Source: an uncultured delta proteobacterium
GTDB taxonomy: Bacteria; Myxococcota; UBA727; VGSZ01
NCBI GenBank assembly: GCA_963775425.1
Contig: CAVZJB010000006.1
Span: 99,898 to 163,897, forward strand
Reading direction: 5' to 3'
DNA length: 64,000 bases
Part shown: in pieces, positions 1-8,852 of the stretch
Numbering within the stretch: position 1 is the stretch's first letter
How the letters are laid out: every line of letters starts with the position of its first letter
Program-made: the position numbers and the translations under genes
The notes under the pieces: generated by a model
Database searches by the model: none
What the model was told of the DNA's origin: nothing
Seen by the model: only the letters and a program-made list of their open reading frames with translations

Positions 1-770
1 ATGGAGCCTCGGTGCGTCGCGCGCGGCGTCGTCCTCGAACACCACCTCGAGGCTCTGTTCGGCGGCGATCACGCGGCACGCGGCGCCGGCGTCGAGGGCG
101 CGGAAGCGGTCGCAGAAGCGCTCGCCTGCGACGGCGAGGACACCGCGGTTCACGTCGGCGTCGAAGAAGGGGAACCCCGTGGGCGACAACGCGTCGGTGG
201 GTGCGGCGTCGGTGGCGAAGTCCGTGGGCGCGAGCTCGGTGGGCGCGTCGACGCGGGTGGACGAAAACGGGAGCGCGTGCGCGAGCACGAGCGGCGCGAG
301 CGCCGCCGCGTCGACGAGATCGTCGTCGTTGTCGACGAGCTCCGCGTGCGCGTTCACGAACCAACGGCCGAGGCTCGCGTCGAGCCGGACGCCGTCGACG
401 TCGAGCTCGGCGCTCAGCGTGCGCCGGCAGTCGCCGGGGACCCGGTGCCCGGGGCAATCGTCTTGCGTGCGTCCGCCGAGCGCGGGGTAGCGAAGGACGT
501 CCCCGGCCAGCAGCGGGAACGAGGGCGCGACGGGGGCGCCGCTCGTGTCGCTCGCGCCCTCGCCTTCGCCTTCGGCCCCGTCGTCTGCGCCGCCGCAGAC
601 GCCGTTCACACGCACGACGACGGCGCGCACGCGCGGGCATCGCAGGGCGCGCCCGCGCAGGCGACCCCGAGGCCCCCCGCGACGAGCGCGGCGGCGACCC
701 CGAGGGCGCCGGCGGGGAGCGCAGTCCGCGCTCCGGACGCCCTCTGCGATACCGAGATGCTGATCGTCAC
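1..770 (-). CDS. hypothetical exported protein; 3' end lies outside the window; leader and body are in different frames
   Basis: The reverse frame that shares codon boundaries with + ORF 1..792 has G/C at nearly every third position. It reads ...VNGVCGGADDGAEGEGEGASDTSGAPVAPSFPLLAGDVLRYPALGG...GRWFVNAHAELVDNDDDLVD...FPFFDADVNRGVLAVAGERFCDRF... A GTG at 768-770 overlaps the upstream stop (GTGA) and encodes the signal/lipobox-like ALPAGALGVAAALVAGGLGVAC. That frame stops at 606. Confidence 0.4.
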
Positions 771-1201
771 CGCTCCAGCTCGGCGCGGGTGAGGGCGACG
801 AGGGCGACGTAGTCGCTGCGGAGCCACTCGCGCGCCTGCATCTTGCGCAGGTCGCGGCGGAGCTGCGCGCGGCGGAACGCGCTCTGCACCGCCGCGTAGC
901 ACCCGGGCGTGACGCCAATCTGCGCCGCGTGCGTGCGTCGCGTCGCCACCGACGCAGCGGCGAAGCCGGCGACGAAGGCGGGGATCATCGCGAAGGCGGC
1001 GATGGGATTGAGCGCCGTGATCATCCCCGTGGCCAGACCCGACGCCACGCCGGTCACCACGCCGACCACGAGCGCGCGGTTGTCGGCGCTTTGCAGGATG
1101 GCGAGCAGCATCTCGTCGTCCAGCTCGCGCGCATCGTCAATCAGGCGGCGGGGCGCGACGACGGTCGGCAGCGCGAGGGCGGTGGTCGAGGTGCTTCGCA
1201 T
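767..1201 (-). CDS. hypothetical small membrane protein
   Basis: 144-aa ORF with G/C-rich third positions. It has a hydrophobic core (VVGVVTGVASGLATGMITALNPIAAFAMIPAFVAGFAAASVA) flanked by charged segments. I recognised no family. Confidence 0.6.
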   Translation of the reverse strand: MRSTSTTALALPTVVAPRRLIDDARELDDEMLLAILQSADNRALVVGVVTGVASGLATGMITALNPIAAFAMIPAFVAGFAAASVATRRTHAAQIGVTPGCYAAVQSAFRRAQLRRDLRKMQAREWLRSDYVALVALTRAELER

Positions 1202-1275
1202 GCCGCCAGGCTACTCCGCGGCGCGCGCGCGGGAAATGCGTCGCTGTGGACGACGAGCTCCCGCGGCCTTGGGGC

Positions 1276-3768
1276 TCACCCCGCGTTGCGGACGCCCGCG
1301 GCGATGCCGAGGATGGTCGAGAGCAAGGTGCGGTCCACGACGTCGTCGCGCTCGCCGCGGCGGCTGCGTGCGAGCAGCTCCACCTGCGCGCGGTGGATGG
1401 GCTCGATGTAGGGGTTTCTCAGCTCGATGGAGCGCAGGAGGTTCGGCTCCGACGACAGCAGCGGCGCCTCCGCAATCTCTTCGACGAGCGCGATGGTGCG
1501 CCGGCGCGCCTCGAGGATCTTCGGCCCCAGCGCGGAGCCGGCGTCGTCGAGGGCGAGGTACGCGCGGAAGACCGCTTCGTCGCTCTTGGCCAGGCTCATC
1601 TGCATGGTGTCGGTGAACGAGCGAAACGCCGCCCACTCGGCGCGCATGCGGCGAAGGAGCGAGACGCCCAGGGGGAAGAGGCCCTCGTGCACGCCGTACC
1701 AGCCCGGGAGGTTCGCGCGGTTCTGCGTCCACGACATCACCCACGGGATGGCGCGCAGGTTCTCGAGCGTGGCCGGCCCCGGGCGGCGCACGGGGCGCGA
1801 CGCGATCTTCAGCCGCGCGATCTCCTCGATGGGCGTCACCGCCGAGAAGAAGCGCAGGAAGTCCTCGTCCGTCACCAGCGCGCGGTACGCGGCCGCCGAG
1901 CGCGCCGACGCCTCTGCGACGGCCTCGAGAAAGTCCGGCGGCGCCTGCGGCTCCGGCGCTCCCTTGGCCACGAGCACGCCGTAGATGCCCTGCTCGAGGT
2001 TCCTGCGGGCGAGCGCGGGGTCGCCGTACTTGTCGGCGAGCGCCTCGCCTTGCTCGGTGATGCGCAGGCCGGCGTCGATGGTGCCCGGCGGTTGCGCGAG
2101 GATGGCGCGCGCCATGGGGCCGCCGCCGCGCCCGAGCGACGTGCCGCGCCCGTGGAAGAAGCGCCAACGCACGCCGTGACGACGACAGACGGCGCTGATG
2201 CCGTGCTGCGCGTCGTACAGCGCGAACGTGGCGGCGAGCGGCCCGGCGTCCTTGTTGCTGTCGGAGTAGCCGAGCATGAATTCCTGCTCGCCACCGGGCG
2301 CCGCGGCGCCGCTGGCCGCGCGGTACGCGGGGCTCGCGAGCAGCGACTCGACGACGCGCGGCGCCGCCTCGAGATCCTTCAGCGTCTCGAACAGCGGGAC
2401 GGGCTGCACCCGCGCCCCCGCCTCGCGCGCGACGACGAGGACCTCGAGGAGATCGGAGACGTCGTCGGTCATCGACACCACGTAGCGCGTGCCCTCGATG
2501 CCCGCCGCGCGCAGCACGCGCAGCGGCTCGAGGACCACGGCCACCTCCTCGCTCACGGCGTCGCCCACGCCGAGGAACGGGCGGCGCGTCGCGAGCTCCG
2601 CCTCGAGCGCCGCCCGCCGCCCATTCTCGTCGAGCGCGGCGTAGCCGGGGGCGCCGCCGGCGGCGAAGAGCGCGGCGACGGCGGCGCCGACCTTCTTCGA
2701 ATTCTCGCGCAGGTCGAGCGCGGCCAGGTGGCGCCCGAACAGCGCGGCGCGGCAGCGCGCGGGCGCAAGGAGGACCCCGGCGGTGCGCACCTGGCCCGCG
2801 TCGAGGAGGGCGCGCGACAGCGCCTCGACGGCGGGGACGGGATCGAAGTCGGGGTCGTCGTCGAGGGCGGCGACGGCGGCCTCGACGAGCGCGCGATAGG
2901 GCTCGTCCGCGCCGTCGGCCGCGCCGCTCTGGCTCACGTCGGCGAACAGCGCCACCAACGTCCGCCGCAGCAGCGCGTCGGCCTCGCGGCGGTGCACCGC
3001 CAGGGTGTCGCGCGTGACGTCGGCGGTGACGTTGGGGTTGCCGTCGCGGTCGCCGCCCATCCACGAGTGCAGCCCGAGGGGCAGGGGCGCCGCGAGCGGC
3101 CGGCCGAAGCACGCGAGGAACGCCGCGCGCATGGCGCGGTCGACGTCGACGACGGCGTCGGCGAGCACACCGACGTAGTGCAGCCCGCCGTTCACCTCGT
3201 CGTGCACCGTGGGCGCGCGGTCGCGCAGCTCGGCGGTGCCGAAGAGCGCCTCGACGTGGGCCGCGATGCGGGCGCGGGCGCCGTCGTGGTCGCGGTCGCC
3301 GAGGCCGCCGATGTCGTCGGCCACGGCGGCGAGGTGCTGGCGCACGGTGCGCCGGCGCATCTCGGTCGGGTGCGCGGTGAACGTGAGCCGGAGCGGCGTG
3401 CTGGCGACGAGCGCCTCGACGTCGTCGGCGGAGCGTCCTCGCTCCTTGAGCAGCGCGAACGCGGCCTCGAACGACTGCTTGCCGCCGGCGGTGCTCGCGC
3501 GGCGGCGGCGCACGCGCGCGTGCTCCTCGGCGAGGTTCACGAGGTTGAAGTAGAGGCCGAACGCGCGGACGAGCGTCTCGAGCTCGGCGGCGCTCAGGCC
3601 CGCGAGCCGCGCGGCGACGTCGGAGGTGTCCTGGCCGGCGCGCCGGCGCTCGACGAGCGTCTGGCGCAGGGACTCGACGAGGTCGAACGCGTCCTCCCCC
3701 GCCTGCTCTTTGAGGACGTCGCCGAGCAGCGCGCCGAGGTCGCGGACGTCATCGTGGAGCTCGCGCAT
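1276..3768 (-). CDS. ppc: phosphoenolpyruvate carboxylase
   Basis: 830 aa with the PEPC signatures FTAHPTE and GYSDSNKDAG and the C-terminal ...GVRNAG. Confidence 0.95.
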   Translation of the reverse strand: MRELHDDVRDLGALLGDVLKEQAGEDAFDLVESLRQTLVERRRAGQDTSDVAARLAGLSAAELETLVRAFGLYFNLVNLAEEHARVRRRRASTAGGKQSFEAAFALLKERGRSADDVEALVASTPLRLTFTAHPTEMRRRTVRQHLAAVADDIGGLGDRDHDGARARIAAHVEALFGTAELRDRAPTVHDEVNGGLHYVGVLADAVVDVDRAMRAAFLACFGRPLAAPLPLGLHSWMGGDRDGNPNVTADVTRDTLAVHRREADALLRRTLVALFADVSQSGAADGADEPYRALVEAAVAALDDDPDFDPVPAVEALSRALLDAGQVRTAGVLLAPARCRAALFGRHLAALDLRENSKKVGAAVAALFAAGGAPGYAALDENGRRAALEAELATRRPFLGVGDAVSEEVAVVLEPLRVLRAAGIEGTRYVVSMTDDVSDLLEVLVVAREAGARVQPVPLFETLKDLEAAPRVVESLLASPAYRAASGAAAPGGEQEFMLGYSDSNKDAGPLAATFALYDAQHGISAVCRRHGVRWRFFHGRGTSLGRGGGPMARAILAQPPGTIDAGLRITEQGEALADKYGDPALARRNLEQGIYGVLVAKGAPEPQAPPDFLEAVAEASARSAAAYRALVTDEDFLRFFSAVTPIEEIARLKIASRPVRRPGPATLENLRAIPWVMSWTQNRANLPGWYGVHEGLFPLGVSLLRRMRAEWAAFRSFTDTMQMSLAKSDEAVFRAYLALDDAGSALGPKILEARRRTIALVEEIAEAPLLSSEPNLLRSIELRNPYIEPIHRAQVELLARSRRGERDDVVDRTLLSTILGIAAGVRNAG

Positions 3769-3826
3769 GCGGCGAGCCTTTCACGTCGACGTCGGGCGAG
3801 CCAAGCGGCCGGACGCCGAGGGCGCG

Positions 3827-4948
3827 TCAGGCGAGGGCGGACAGCGAGTTGAAAAAGCCCATGCGCTTGGCGACCTGCGCGCCGGGGTTGCCGGGGACTT
3901 CGTAGTTGCGCACGAGGGCGTCCACCATCTGCTGCGGGCTCGAGTTGCCGAGCAGCGCGTTCTTGGTCTTGGAGAAGCGCGGGTTGTGGGTGATCTCCCA
4001 GACGGCGGCCTTGGTCTGCTCGGCCACCGTCATGTCCTTCGGCTCCTTGCCGAACTCCTTCTTGATGGCGGCGGCGCGCCCCGGATCCCACTGCACAATC
4101 CCCTGGGACATGTGGCGCACGTCCCAATGATTGTCGTTGGGCTTCGACAGCGACTCACCGGTCATGTTCGCGACGAGCGCGCGCGCCGCGGTCGGGCTCA
4201 GCGGGGGCACGCCGTGCGCCGGGTCGCCCTGGAGCGCGGCCTGGTAGGCCTCCTTCTGGTTCGCCGAGAGGCTGCCGCTCGGGATGCCGACGGCGTCCTC
4301 GACCCCCTGGCGCATGCGCGTGAGCATGCCGGGCTGCTGCGGCCCGGGCGCTTCACGCCGCGAGACCGACGACAGGCCGCCGGCGCCGGCAGCGCTGCCG
4401 CCGCTCGTGCCTCCGGCGTTGCCGACGCTGCCCGTCGACGACGCGGTGCGGTTGTTGTTCTGGTTCTGCGCCGCCTGGACGAGCGCGAGCAGCGTCTCCA
4501 GGTCGAGGTGCCCCGTGGGGTTGATGCCCGCGGCCTCCTGGAGCTTCTTGATGGCGTCCATCGTCTTCGGGTCTTCGAGGGTGTCGCCGGTCTCGAGCCC
4601 GAGCTTCCTGAGGTCTCCGATGGCGTCGACGTTCTGGAGCGCCTGCGAGAGCTTGCCGAGGTCGAGCGGGGTGTTCGGGTCGAGCCCGAGCGCCTGCTTG
4701 AGCGACTGCAGCCCCTTCATCATCTCCGGATCGGTGGCGCCGAGCGTCAGGCCGAGGTCCTGGACGTTGGCGTTGCCCGCGAGCTTCTGGACGCCGGGGA
4801 GCGCGGGGGCGCCGAGCGTTCGTGCCGTGCCGCCGTGGGTGAAGGTGGCGGCCGCCTGCTGCGCCTTCTTCTGACACAGGAGCGACTCCGGATCGTCCGT
4901 GGCTGCGTTGAGGGCGCCGGGTCGAACGCCGCCAATCTCGAGGGACAT
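3827..4948 (-). CDS. putative muralytic protein: peptidoglycan-binding-like repeats plus a C-terminal phage-tail-lysozyme-like domain; no signal peptide
   Basis: 373 aa. The central repeats resemble PG_binding_1 (AIKKLQEAAGINPTGHLDLETLLAL). The C-terminus (ANMTGESLSKPNDNHWDVRHMSQGIVQWDPGRAAAIKKEFG...VRNYEVPGNPG) resembles the phage tail lysozyme family. The N-terminus has no hydrophobic leader. Confidence 0.7.
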   Translation of the reverse strand: MSLEIGGVRPGALNAATDDPESLLCQKKAQQAAATFTHGGTARTLGAPALPGVQKLAGNANVQDLGLTLGATDPEMMKGLQSLKQALGLDPNTPLDLGKLSQALQNVDAIGDLRKLGLETGDTLEDPKTMDAIKKLQEAAGINPTGHLDLETLLALVQAAQNQNNNRTASSTGSVGNAGGTSGGSAAGAGGLSSVSRREAPGPQQPGMLTRMRQGVEDAVGIPSGSLSANQKEAYQAALQGDPAHGVPPLSPTAARALVANMTGESLSKPNDNHWDVRHMSQGIVQWDPGRAAAIKKEFGKEPKDMTVAEQTKAAVWEITHNPRFSKTKNALLGNSSPQQMVDALVRNYEVPGNPGAQVAKRMGFFNSLSALA

Positions 4949-5035
4949 GGGGGCTCCTGGTCCGTAGGGGTGACGCGGCGGTTATCGGCGCCGGTCCCGG
5001 CCCCCGCCATGTCCCACATCCCGTTGGCCGACGCG

Positions 5036-5845
5036 TCAGCGCTTCTTTTTGACGGGGGGCTTGGCGGCCGGCTTCTTCGCGGACTTGGGCGCCGGCTTGC
5101 CCGAGGGCTTCTTGGCGGCCGGCGCCTTCTTGGCCGGGGCAGCCGCGGCCTTCTTGGGCGCCGCCTTGGGGGCGGCCTTGGCCGGCGCGGCCTTCGCGGG
5201 CTTGACCGGCATGGCCGAGCGCGGGGCGGCCGGGGCGGGCCGCGTGGCCTGGCGCGGGGGGTTGGCGGGCTGCGCGCGGGCGCGTTCGGCGGCGGCGGCG
5301 GCCTCGCGGGCCTTCTGGGCGTCCGCCTCGTTCTTGGGGATGGGCTTGGCGGTGCGCCGCTCCTTGATGGTCTGTGGGGCCACCGGCGGCCACGGCGACC
5401 GGGACTTCTTTTCGTCCTTGTCGTTGCGCCACAGGACGCAGGTGATGGTCCCCTGCATGACGCTGTCGTGGTTCTGGTTCTCGGCCCAGACGTCGACGTC
5501 GACGCGGGCCTCGCCGTTGCTCTCGTAGCGCTCGGCGACCATCCCCGTCATGCGCAGGATGTCGCCCGGCCACACGAGCTTCCGGAAGCGCCCGGACACG
5601 CTCAGGATGCGGCCGTTCTCGAGCCACTTGCCGACGGCCTCGGTGGCGAAGGACAGCGCGATGGCGCCGTGGGCGAAGACGCCGCCGTAGCCCGCGCCCT
5701 TGGCGAAGTCGTCGTCGAGGTGCAGCGGGCTCCAGTCCTGCGACGCCCCGGCGAACTTGGCGATCTGCACGCGCGTGACAGCCGGCTTCGACACCGGCGT
5801 CACTTGCTCGCCCTTTTCAATCGAATCCCAATACAGCTTGGGCAT
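5036..5845 (-). CDS. MaoC-type (R)-specific hydratase/dehydratase with a C-terminal Lys/Ala/Pro-rich basic tail
   Basis: It starts at ATG 5845 (MPKLYWD), which overlaps the upstream stop by 1 nt (TGATG). It carries the hydratase-2 motif SQDWSPLHLDDDFA. The last ~100 aa are KPAKAAPAKAAPKAAPKKAAAAPAKKAPAAKKPSGKPAPKSAKKPAAKPPVKKKR. Confidence 0.8.
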   Translation of the reverse strand: MPKLYWDSIEKGEQVTPVSKPAVTRVQIAKFAGASQDWSPLHLDDDFAKGAGYGGVFAHGAIALSFATEAVGKWLENGRILSVSGRFRKLVWPGDILRMTGMVAERYESNGEARVDVDVWAENQNHDSVMQGTITCVLWRNDKDEKKSRSPWPPVAPQTIKERRTAKPIPKNEADAQKAREAAAAAERARAQPANPPRQATRPAPAAPRSAMPVKPAKAAPAKAAPKAAPKKAAAAPAKKAPAAKKPSGKPAPKSAKKPAAKPPVKKKR

Positions 5846-6294
5846 CAGCGCCTCGGCAGCCCGCCGCGGACAACGAGAGTGCGCTGGGCCTCGAAGCGGA
5901 CGTCGTCGGCTCGCTTGCCGGTGCCCACGACGTCGATCACGACGAACCCCATGGGGTTCCCGCTGGCCTGCTGCTCGTACACGTCCCGCAGCGTTGTGGT
6001 GATTGTGAGCTCGTCGCCGACGCACACCGGCGCGAACATGCTGACGTATTCCTGCGCGTGAAGCACCTGCTTGGGTTTCAGCTCGAGCAGGTCGATGACG
6101 TGCTGGAAGTCGCCGAGGGTGGCGGCGGCGGCGTGCGGGAGCATGAGCCCGGAGAGGCCGGCGGAATGCGCCACCTTCTCGTCCACGGACATCGGGTCGG
6201 TGACCTCGAGCGCATCCACGAAGCGCTGCACGAGCCCTCGCTCGACCACGATTGTCTTTTGGACCTTTTCGCCAAGATGGGCTTTATGCTTCAT
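5845..6294 (-). CDS. MaoC_N-like hotdog-fold subunit, probable partner of the downstream dehydratase
   Basis: 149 aa (MKHKAHLGEKVQKTIVVERGLVQRF...GDELTITTTLRDVYEQQASGNPMGFVVIDV). It is translationally coupled to the next gene, an arrangement like HadA/HadB-type heterodimers. Confidence 0.75.
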   Translation of the reverse strand: MKHKAHLGEKVQKTIVVERGLVQRFVDALEVTDPMSVDEKVAHSAGLSGLMLPHAAAATLGDFQHVIDLLELKPKQVLHAQEYVSMFAPVCVGDELTITTTLRDVYEQQASGNPMGFVVIDVVGTGKRADDVRFEAQRTLVVRGGLPRR

Positions 6295-6322
6295 CTTTTC
6301 AAGGACCTACGCGACAACGCAA

Positions 6323-6338
6323 AGCGTCAAAAGTGCCT
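6323..6338 (-). promoter_or_regulatory. weak sigma54-like -24/-12 element upstream of the MaoC pair
   Basis: The minus strand reads AGGCACTTTTGACGCT, which has GG-N10-GC spacing. It lies in the only AT-rich spacer of the window, about 30 nt upstream of ATG 6294. The -12 is ACGC rather than TTGC. Confidence 0.2.
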
Positions 6339-6385
6339 GTTCCAGCCTCTAACGTGCATCAGACCTGAGCGAAAAGCAAGAAAGA

Positions 6386-7447
6386 TCAATGTTCTTTTGA
6401 GCGGCGGTTCAACAGGAACTTCACCGGGTCTTCGCGCAAGCCCTTCAAAACGGCGTGGAGGTCCGACGCCGCCTCTTCGTCCCAGAAGAGCTTGCCGGCG
6501 CCGCCGCGCTTGTCCTCGACGGCGCCGAGCAGCCTGTCGGCGCGCTTCATCACAGCGTCGAGGGAGCGCATGGCCTGCGTGACGTTCGCGAGGAGCTGCG
6601 CCTGCTTGTGCGGGTCGGCGAGCGCGGGCTGCTTGTCGAGCAGGTCGAGCGCCTTGTCGACGCGGGCGATGGCGTCCTTGCCCTCGGCGAGGAGCGCGGG
6701 CACCTGATCGGATTCGAGCTTCGCGGTGGCGTCGAGGACGCCGGGCAATCGATCGAACGTCCCGCGCAGCGCGCGCCCGTCGCCGACCCCGACGGCCGCG
6801 CCGTGGACCAGCGCGCGCAGGTCGTCGGTGAAGGCGCGCAGGTCGTCGCCGCCCGGGACGTCGTCGTGCGCGAGCAGCGAATCGAGGCGCCGCATCAACG
6901 CCGACAGCGAGCGCATGAGCTCGATCGCCTCCTGCGATTTGGGCAGGAGCTCTTCGAATTTGCCGAGCAGTCCCGAGGCTCGGGACAGCAGCAAATCCGG
7001 TCGATCCTGGGAAATCCCATCGATGCGGGCGCCGTCCGCGAGGCGCGCGCCGCCGGGGACCGGCTCGAGGTCGAGGTAGTGCTCGCCGAGGACGCCGAGG
7101 GTGGTCACGCGGAAGCGCGCGCGGTCGGTGACGACGGGCATCGCGCGCTCCTCGATGCGCGCACGCACGCGCACCATCTTGTCGGGGCCGGCGGCCCGGT
7201 CCTGACCGGCGAGCAGCACGACGTCCTGGACGGCGCCGACCTCCACGCCCGACAGCCGCACCGACGCGCCCGGCTTGATGGGGCCCGCGAAGGCGAAGTC
7301 GACGTCGATGGTCTCGCCGCGCACGATCTTGAGCGGCCCGGTGACGACGAGGATCGCGACGAGGATCCCCATGGACACCAGGGCGAGGAGCCCCACGCGG
7401 AACGCGCGCGCCCGGTCCGCCGCTCGCGCCGGCCTCGGCTCCGTCAC
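6386..7447 (-). CDS. MlaD/MCE-domain protein with a long helical C-terminal extension
   Basis: The GTG start at 7447 overlaps the ATPase stop (GTGA). It has an N-terminal TM segment (VGLLALVSMGILVAILVV), an MCE core (GETIDVDFAFAGPIKPGASVRLSGVEVGAVQDV), and then about 200 aa of helical heptad-like sequence. Confidence 0.85.
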   Translation of the reverse strand: MTEPRPARAADRARAFRVGLLALVSMGILVAILVVTGPLKIVRGETIDVDFAFAGPIKPGASVRLSGVEVGAVQDVVLLAGQDRAAGPDKMVRVRARIEERAMPVVTDRARFRVTTLGVLGEHYLDLEPVPGGARLADGARIDGISQDRPDLLLSRASGLLGKFEELLPKSQEAIELMRSLSALMRRLDSLLAHDDVPGGDDLRAFTDDLRALVHGAAVGVGDGRALRGTFDRLPGVLDATAKLESDQVPALLAEGKDAIARVDKALDLLDKQPALADPHKQAQLLANVTQAMRSLDAVMKRADRLLGAVEDKRGGAGKLFWDEEAASDLHAVLKGLREDPVKFLLNRRSKEH

Positions 7448-8106
7448 GCGGCCTCCCGGTGGACGCGGCCGCCGTCGACACGCACCACGTCGGGGCGCAG
7501 GCGCAGGAGCGTTCGCGGGCTGTGGGTGATGACGATGAGCGTGGTGCCCGTCAGGGCCGCGAGCGCGTCGTCCACCTGGCGCGCCGCCACGGGATCGAGG
7601 CCCGTGGTGGGCTCGTCGACGACGAGGACGCCGGGCTTCAAGCACAGCGCGCGCGCGAGCGAGACGCGCTTTTGCTGGGCGATCGACAAGGACGCCGGGG
7701 CCGCCCGGCGCACGTCGTCGAGGCCGAGCTCGGAGAGGGCGGCGTCGACGCGGGCCTGCGCTTCGTCGCGGGACACGTCCTGGCGGTCCACGGCGAACGC
7801 GACGTTCTCCTCGACGTCGAGGGTGTCGAGCAGCGCGGGGTCCTGGTGCACGAAGACGAGCGGCGGCGCGGAGACGTGCACGCGGCCCTTCGCGAGCGGC
7901 AAGAGGCCCGCCGCGGCCTTCATGAGCACGCTCTTGCCCGCGCCCGATCGCCCGACGACGGCGTGCACCCGGTCGCGCGCGAACGACAGCGTGACGTCGT
8001 CAATGACCACCCGGCCGCCGAGGGCGACCGTGACGCCTTCGAGCGCGAGCGCCGGTGTGTCGTGGGACGCGGCCTCGCCCGCCGCGGGGACGTCCTCGAC
8101 CGTCAT
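7444..8106 (-). CDS. ABC transporter ATP-binding protein (MlaF-like), degenerate signature motif
   Basis: Walker A is GRSGAGKS, the Q-loop is FVHQD, the signature is LSIAQ (not LSGGQ), Walker B is LVVDEP, and the switch is ITHS. The ATG at 8106 overlaps the upstream stop (ATGA). Confidence 0.9.
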   Translation of the reverse strand: MTVEDVPAAGEAASHDTPALALEGVTVALGGRVVIDDVTLSFARDRVHAVVGRSGAGKSVLMKAAAGLLPLAKGRVHVSAPPLVFVHQDPALLDTLDVEENVAFAVDRQDVSRDEAQARVDAALSELGLDDVRRAAPASLSIAQQKRVSLARALCLKPGVLVVDEPTTGLDPVAARQVDDALAALTGTTLIVITHSPRTLLRLRPDVVRVDGGRVHREAA

Positions 8107-8852
8107 ACGGCGCTCCTGCCGACGAACCACGCGACGTCGAACAACACGCTGGCGATGAGGCACGCGACGACGCCGCCGACGACGGCGTTGGTGGCGGCGC
8201 GGCCGACGGCTTCGGCGCCGCCGCGCGCGCGCAGCGCCGTGCGCACGGCCATCACGAACACGAGCGCGCCGTTGACGGCGCACTTGGCGACGAGGAGGCC
8301 GAGGCCCGCGAGCGTGACGGCCTCCGGGTGAAAGAACGTGAACGGGTTCACGCCGCTTCGGCCCCACAGGGTGATCACGCCGGCGATCTCCCAGGAGACG
8401 AAGCCGAGGAGCCCGAGGCCGACGGCGCCGGCGACGAGGGCGGCGCCCATGGGGGCGAGCACGCTGCGCGCGGGGTCGAGCCCGAACAGCGAGAGCGCGT
8501 CGAGCGTGTCCTCGGACTGCAGCGTGGCCACCTCCGCGGCGAAGCCGGCGCCGACGCGCTGCGCGAGGGTGAGCGCGACGATGAGCGGGCCGAACTCCTC
8601 GACGCCCAGCACGATGTACTCGGGCCCGATGAAGCTCTGGTCGCCGAGCAGCCGCATGGCCTGCCGCGCGGCTTGATCGCCGAGCGCGACGCCGACGGCC
8701 GCGACGGTGACGGTGACGAGCAGGAGCGACCCGGGCAGCACCTCGTCGAGCCGGCGGAGCAGCGCGCGGCCGTCGAGGCGCCAGGGCGTGAGCGCGAACG
8801 TGAGCGCGCGCGTCGTCGACGCCAGCGCGAGCTGCGGCGCGGCGGCGGTCAT
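8103..8852 (-). CDS. MlaE/YrbE-like ABC permease 2
   Basis: 249 aa and polytopic (…EEFGPLIVALTLAQRVGAGFAAEVATLQSEDTLDALSLFGLDP…). This matches the MlaE conserved core. It has an ATGA overlap with the upstream gene. Confidence 0.85.
   Translation of the reverse strand: MTAAAPQLALASTTRALTFALTPWRLDGRALLRRLDEVLPGSLLLVTVTVAAVGVALGDQAARQAMRLLGDQSFIGPEYIVLGVEEFGPLIVALTLAQRVGAGFAAEVATLQSEDTLDALSLFGLDPARSVLAPMGAALVAGAVGLGLLGFVSWEIAGVITLWGRSGVNPFTFFHPEAVTLAGLGLLVAKCAVNGALVFVMAVRTALRARGGAEAVGRAATNAVVGGVVACLIASVLFDVAWFVGRSAV

Noticed and set aside
1211-6061. Long ORFs 1211..3112 (-), 1246..3852 (+) and 3626..6061 (+) overlapping ppc and neighbours
   Set aside because: Their composition is Arg/Ala/Gly/Pro-dominated and they have no motifs. 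They overlap genes with clear family signatures (ppc, the muralytic protein, the MaoC pair).
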